DNA of 64,000 nucleotides from Gammaproteobacteria bacterium (GTDB lineage Bacteria; Pseudomonadota; Gammaproteobacteria; Eutrophobiales; Eutrophobiaceae): NCBI GenBank assembly GCA_965221695.1, contig OZ244905.1, positions 1,888,001 to 1,952,000 of the forward strand, read 5' to 3'. Shown piece by piece: positions 62,113 to 64,000 of this stretch (position 1 is its first letter; each line of letters starts with the position of its first letter). The notes under the pieces were generated by a model. It saw only the letters and a program-made list of their open reading frames with translations, ran no database searches and was not told where the DNA came from. The position numbers and the translations under genes were made by a program.

Positions 62113-62585
62113 AGACGCATATCATTATAGTATTAGTTGGTTTGTTCCTCCTGCCAGGCAACTATTCATATGGATTTGACGAGTATCCATTCGAACCGGA
62201 GCTTGTTGAGCTTGAAGGGGTGTTTGAACGAGAAAAACATTTCGGGCCACCAAATTATGGTGAAACGCCTCAAGAAGATATATTATTAACTGTTTACGTC
62301 CTCAACCTGAACTCGCCGATCACTGCGGGAACCGCTGATACACTATCTGAGTTGAATACTGTCCCAGTGACTAACGTTAAAAAAGTCCAGGTTGGTTTCA
62401 TTGATCGGGAAGCAACTGAAAAGCGGATTGAAAAAATTGACAATCTGATTGGAAAAACAGTCCGGCTTAGAGGTAGTTTGTCTACTGGCATCACAGGCTA
62501 TCACTTTTATCGAATCTTATTTTTTGTATCAGAAAAAGAATTATTGTCACGAGTTATTGTACAAATCTGGTGTGCGGCCTCATAG
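62109..62585 (+). CDS. Putative periplasmic immunity protein (DUF4431-like)
   Basis: ATGA overlap with orphan 1; N-terminal signal peptide; LEG..FGPPNYGE motif recalled as DUF4431-like. Confidence 0.7.
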   Translation: MKTHIIIVLVGLFLLPGNYSYGFDEYPFEPELVELEGVFEREKHFGPPNYGETPQEDILLTVYVLNLNSPITAGTADTLSELNTVPVTNVKKVQVGFIDREATEKRIEKIDNLIGKTVRLRGSLSTGITGYHFYRILFFVSEKELLSRVIVQIWCAAS

Positions 62586-62796
62586 TCAGGCGGCCCGCTG
62601 GTGTTGATAGGGCACGGAACAGACGAAAAGACGAAACAGGGTAGGACCTGCCTAACTCTTCGTTTCCATTGAGTTGATTTGTTGCAGGAGTCTGCTCTGC
62701 TCCCTTAAACCCCACTTTTTGCTGTCAAAACCGAGGGTTTAAGATTCTTTTCCCTGTTTAACGGTATGCTTCTATACGATCTTTAATTTCACACGC

Positions 62797-64000
62797 CGCT
62801 GGCAGGACAACGTGGTGGAGACGCGCTATAACGCCAACGGCTATGCGCACCGATGGGTAGACGGGATGCACGTGGGCGGCCAGCCACGGCGGACCTACCG
62901 GGAGATTGCCGGCATCGACGCCCGCGGCAACCTGACCGAGCGCGCGCAGACCCTCGGCAAGACCACGTTAGAAGAGACCTTCGCCTATGACAGCCTTAAC
63001 CGGCTGATCCAATCGAAGGTTGCCGGCAAGACGGCGCAGAACGTCAGCTACGACGGGTTGGGGAATATCACGGCCAAGACCGGGGTGGGCGACTATGTCT
63101 ACGGCGACGCCAACCATCCGCACCGGCTCACCCAGGCCGACAGCGCCCACTTTGTCTACGACGCCAACGGCAATGTCATCCAAGAGCACGAGACCGGCCA
63201 GGCCGCCAACCCGACGCGCAGCTTCGCCTACACGCCGTTTAACAAGGCGGCGTCCATCAAGCAAGGCACGCACACCACCGAGTTCGAGTACGGCCCGGAC
63301 CGCAGCCGCACGCGCAGGGTGGACACCGTGAACACCGGCGCCGGGACCAGCGTGACCACGACCCTGTATTTCGGGGGGGCCGAGAAGGTCATCGCCCCCG
63401 ATGGCAGTTACACCTGGAAACGCTATGTGGCCGACGGCTTTCTCATTGAGCAGACCTATAACAGCCATGACACCCTCACTAAGGAAGATACCCGCCACCT
63501 GCTCAAAGACCACCTCGGCAGCATTGCCCTTATCCTTGATGAGGCGGGCCTCGACAAGGACCTGCTGCCGCTGCAACGCTTAAGCTACGACGCCTGGGGC
63601 CAGCGCCGCGCCCCGGATGACTGGACCCTCTTAGCCCGCCTGACCCTGAGCAGCCCCACCCATGGGGCGGTAACCCCGTATGGCTACACCGGCCATGAGA
63701 TGCTCGACGCGGTGGGCATCATCCACATGAACGGGCGCATCTACGACCCTAAGCTCGGCCGCTTCCTGCAGGCCGACCCGGTGATTCAGTTCCCGAACAT
63801 GGCCCAGAACCACAACCGCTACAGCTATGTGCTCAACAACCCGCTTGCCTATGTGGACCCGAGCGGGTATTTTATCGGGAAGTTGCTGCGCAAGGTGGTG
63901 GGCCTGTTCATCAACGGACCCTTTGAGTTGCTGTTCAGCTTGGTTCCCCAACTGCGACCGCTCTCCACCCTGTTCATCTGCGCCAGCGGCAATCCGGCGC
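62797..64000 (+). pseudogene. Orphan RHS module 2 (5'-truncated, internal 147-bp deletion, runs off window)
   Basis: Open frame RWQDNVVETRY...NNPLAYVDPSG(63856)YFIGKLLRKVVG; homologous to the main gene core. Confidence 0.85.

Noticed and set aside
56334-64000. RHS duplications as a diversity-generating retroelement TR/VR pair
   Set aside because: No reverse transcriptase; differences are not adenine-specific; standard orphan-module structure explains them

Overview
GC-rich proteobacterial chromosome segment, probably from a Gammaproteobacterium (inference). It has three blocks. (1) 1-34.6 kb is a large catabolic island. It contains an amidohydrolase, a fused indolepyruvate:ferredoxin oxidoreductase, RidA, FMN and FAD oxidoreductases, a TonB-dependent receptor, SDRs, acyl-CoA ligases and dehydrogenases, SCP-x thiolase-like/DUF35/MaoC genes, a CaiB racemase, a divergent PaaABCD-like di-iron epoxidase cluster with a split PaaD, a hicAB module whose toxin has a premature stop, and metY. 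Its spacers carry a family of ~27-bp palindromes related to a MITE-like element. (2) 34.8-45.0 kb is an Xps-order type II secretion operon (gspEFGHIJKLM-C/N-D). (3) 45.2-64 kb starts directly downstream with a 4,560-aa Sec-signal protein built as Ig/FN3 repeat stalk + SpvB/FG-GAP/TcdB-mid + YD/RHS shell + variable C-terminal tip. It is followed by an exported immunity gene and at least two orphan RHS modules. The best candidate for an undescribed system is this T2SS-linked, adhesin-tipped polymorphic RHS toxin locus with periplasmic immunity and a recombining cassette array. No rRNA, tRNA or CRISPR was seen. All family calls come from motif recognition by eye; no searches were run.
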